A stretch of 59,603 nt of DNA, the filler included, from Moniliella sp. 'wahieum' (lineage: Eukaryota): NCBI GenBank assembly GCA_003971905.1. It is 2 parts of 2 records of this genome, joined end to end, with 100 filler letters (N's around TTAATTAATTAA, not from the genome) between each part and the next. Parts side by side here need not be neighbours in the genome. Positions count along the whole stretch, not along the records: positions 31,692 to 59,603 come from RSEE01000194.1; 1 more part is not named here. The stretch is one strand, 5' to 3'. Both the position numbers and the translations under genes were made by a program. Positions within the stretch are counted from its first letter, which is position 1, and the number at the start of each line of letters is the position of its first letter. A model generated the notes under the pieces. That model saw only the letters and a program-made list of their open reading frames with translations, was not told where the DNA came from and made no database searches. This document shows positions 59,125 to 59,603 of the stretch, one piece after another.

Positions 59125-59603
59125 ATGCCTGGCCACGCGCCCGCGTTCAGCCAAACCACCACCGCCTCCGCCTCCGCCTTCACCCCCTCTGACGCCTTCT
59201 CCCTCCACAGCCTCAAGCCCGCGCCCGAAGAGCACAGCATGCGCATCCTCGAGCCCCATCTCGTCGTGCTCGACGCTGAGCCGCCCGCCTCGCGCACCGA
59301 TCTCGAAAGCGACGATAAGACCCGCCCTGTGCCCTCCAGCCGTGCCGCCAGCTGGCGAGTCCGACCCGACGCGACCGCCCAGTCTCAACTACGATGGCGT
59401 GCCCGTCGTCTTCCTTTGGCCTGAACAGTGCGTATGCCCCCTCTCGCCCTCCTGCGCCACCGTCCCCCTGCTGACACCCACCGTGCTGGCCTCCCACAGT
59501 CTTGGCCCTGGTCTTTTCAATGCCATCTGCCCAACATTATCTTCTACGTCCTTCTACCATGGGGATACGGACCACATTGCCGTGGCGACAACAGCAGTAC
59601 GCA
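59125..59603 (+). CDS. 5' part of an uncharacterised fungal multi-pass membrane protein (runs off the window)
   Basis: ATG 59125 (MPGHAPAFSQ...), P.SLNY..RARR followed by hydrophobic LALVF..AI.PNIIFYVL. Intron GTGCGT...CTGAC...CACAG at about 59428-59499. Confidence 0.55.

Overview
High-GC fungal genomic DNA, most likely a basidiomycete and probably Ustilaginomycotina. That call is inferred from a Cib1/Hac1-type bZIP, short GT-AG introns with CTRAC branch sites, and TTAGGG telomere repeats. The window is two contigs joined by an artificial 100-bp spacer (44 N + TTAATTAATTAA + 44 N, 31592-31691), so the halves need not be physically linked. Almost every gene, including essential ones, is broken by single-base frameshifts. 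I read these as unpolished long-read errors, so gene boundaries are reconstructed by eye across frames. The left contig holds hypothetical genes, a repeat-rich intergenic block with a ~180-bp LTR-like element, cytosolic MetRS with a C-terminal WHEP-like domain, a Bet1-like SNARE, an Mtr-type amino acid permease, a CM1 coiled-coil spindle pole body protein, ATP23, RPL4 and HMG-CoA reductase. The right contig begins with telomere repeats directly abutting an F-box gene. It then carries a MOSC-FAD-2Fe2S reductase in tandem with a peroxisomal (SKL) copper amine oxidase, Rxt3 head-to-head with SRP68, an ARID-domain Q/A-rich protein, a Hac1/Cib1-like bZIP with a clear Ire1 splice hairpin and an upstream UPRE, and a truncated membrane protein gene. 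The most unusual unexplained signal is a recurring intergenic 7-bp-period pattern: 6-bp A....T palindromes of about a dozen different sequences, chained by a single C or G (TCA/TGA junctions).
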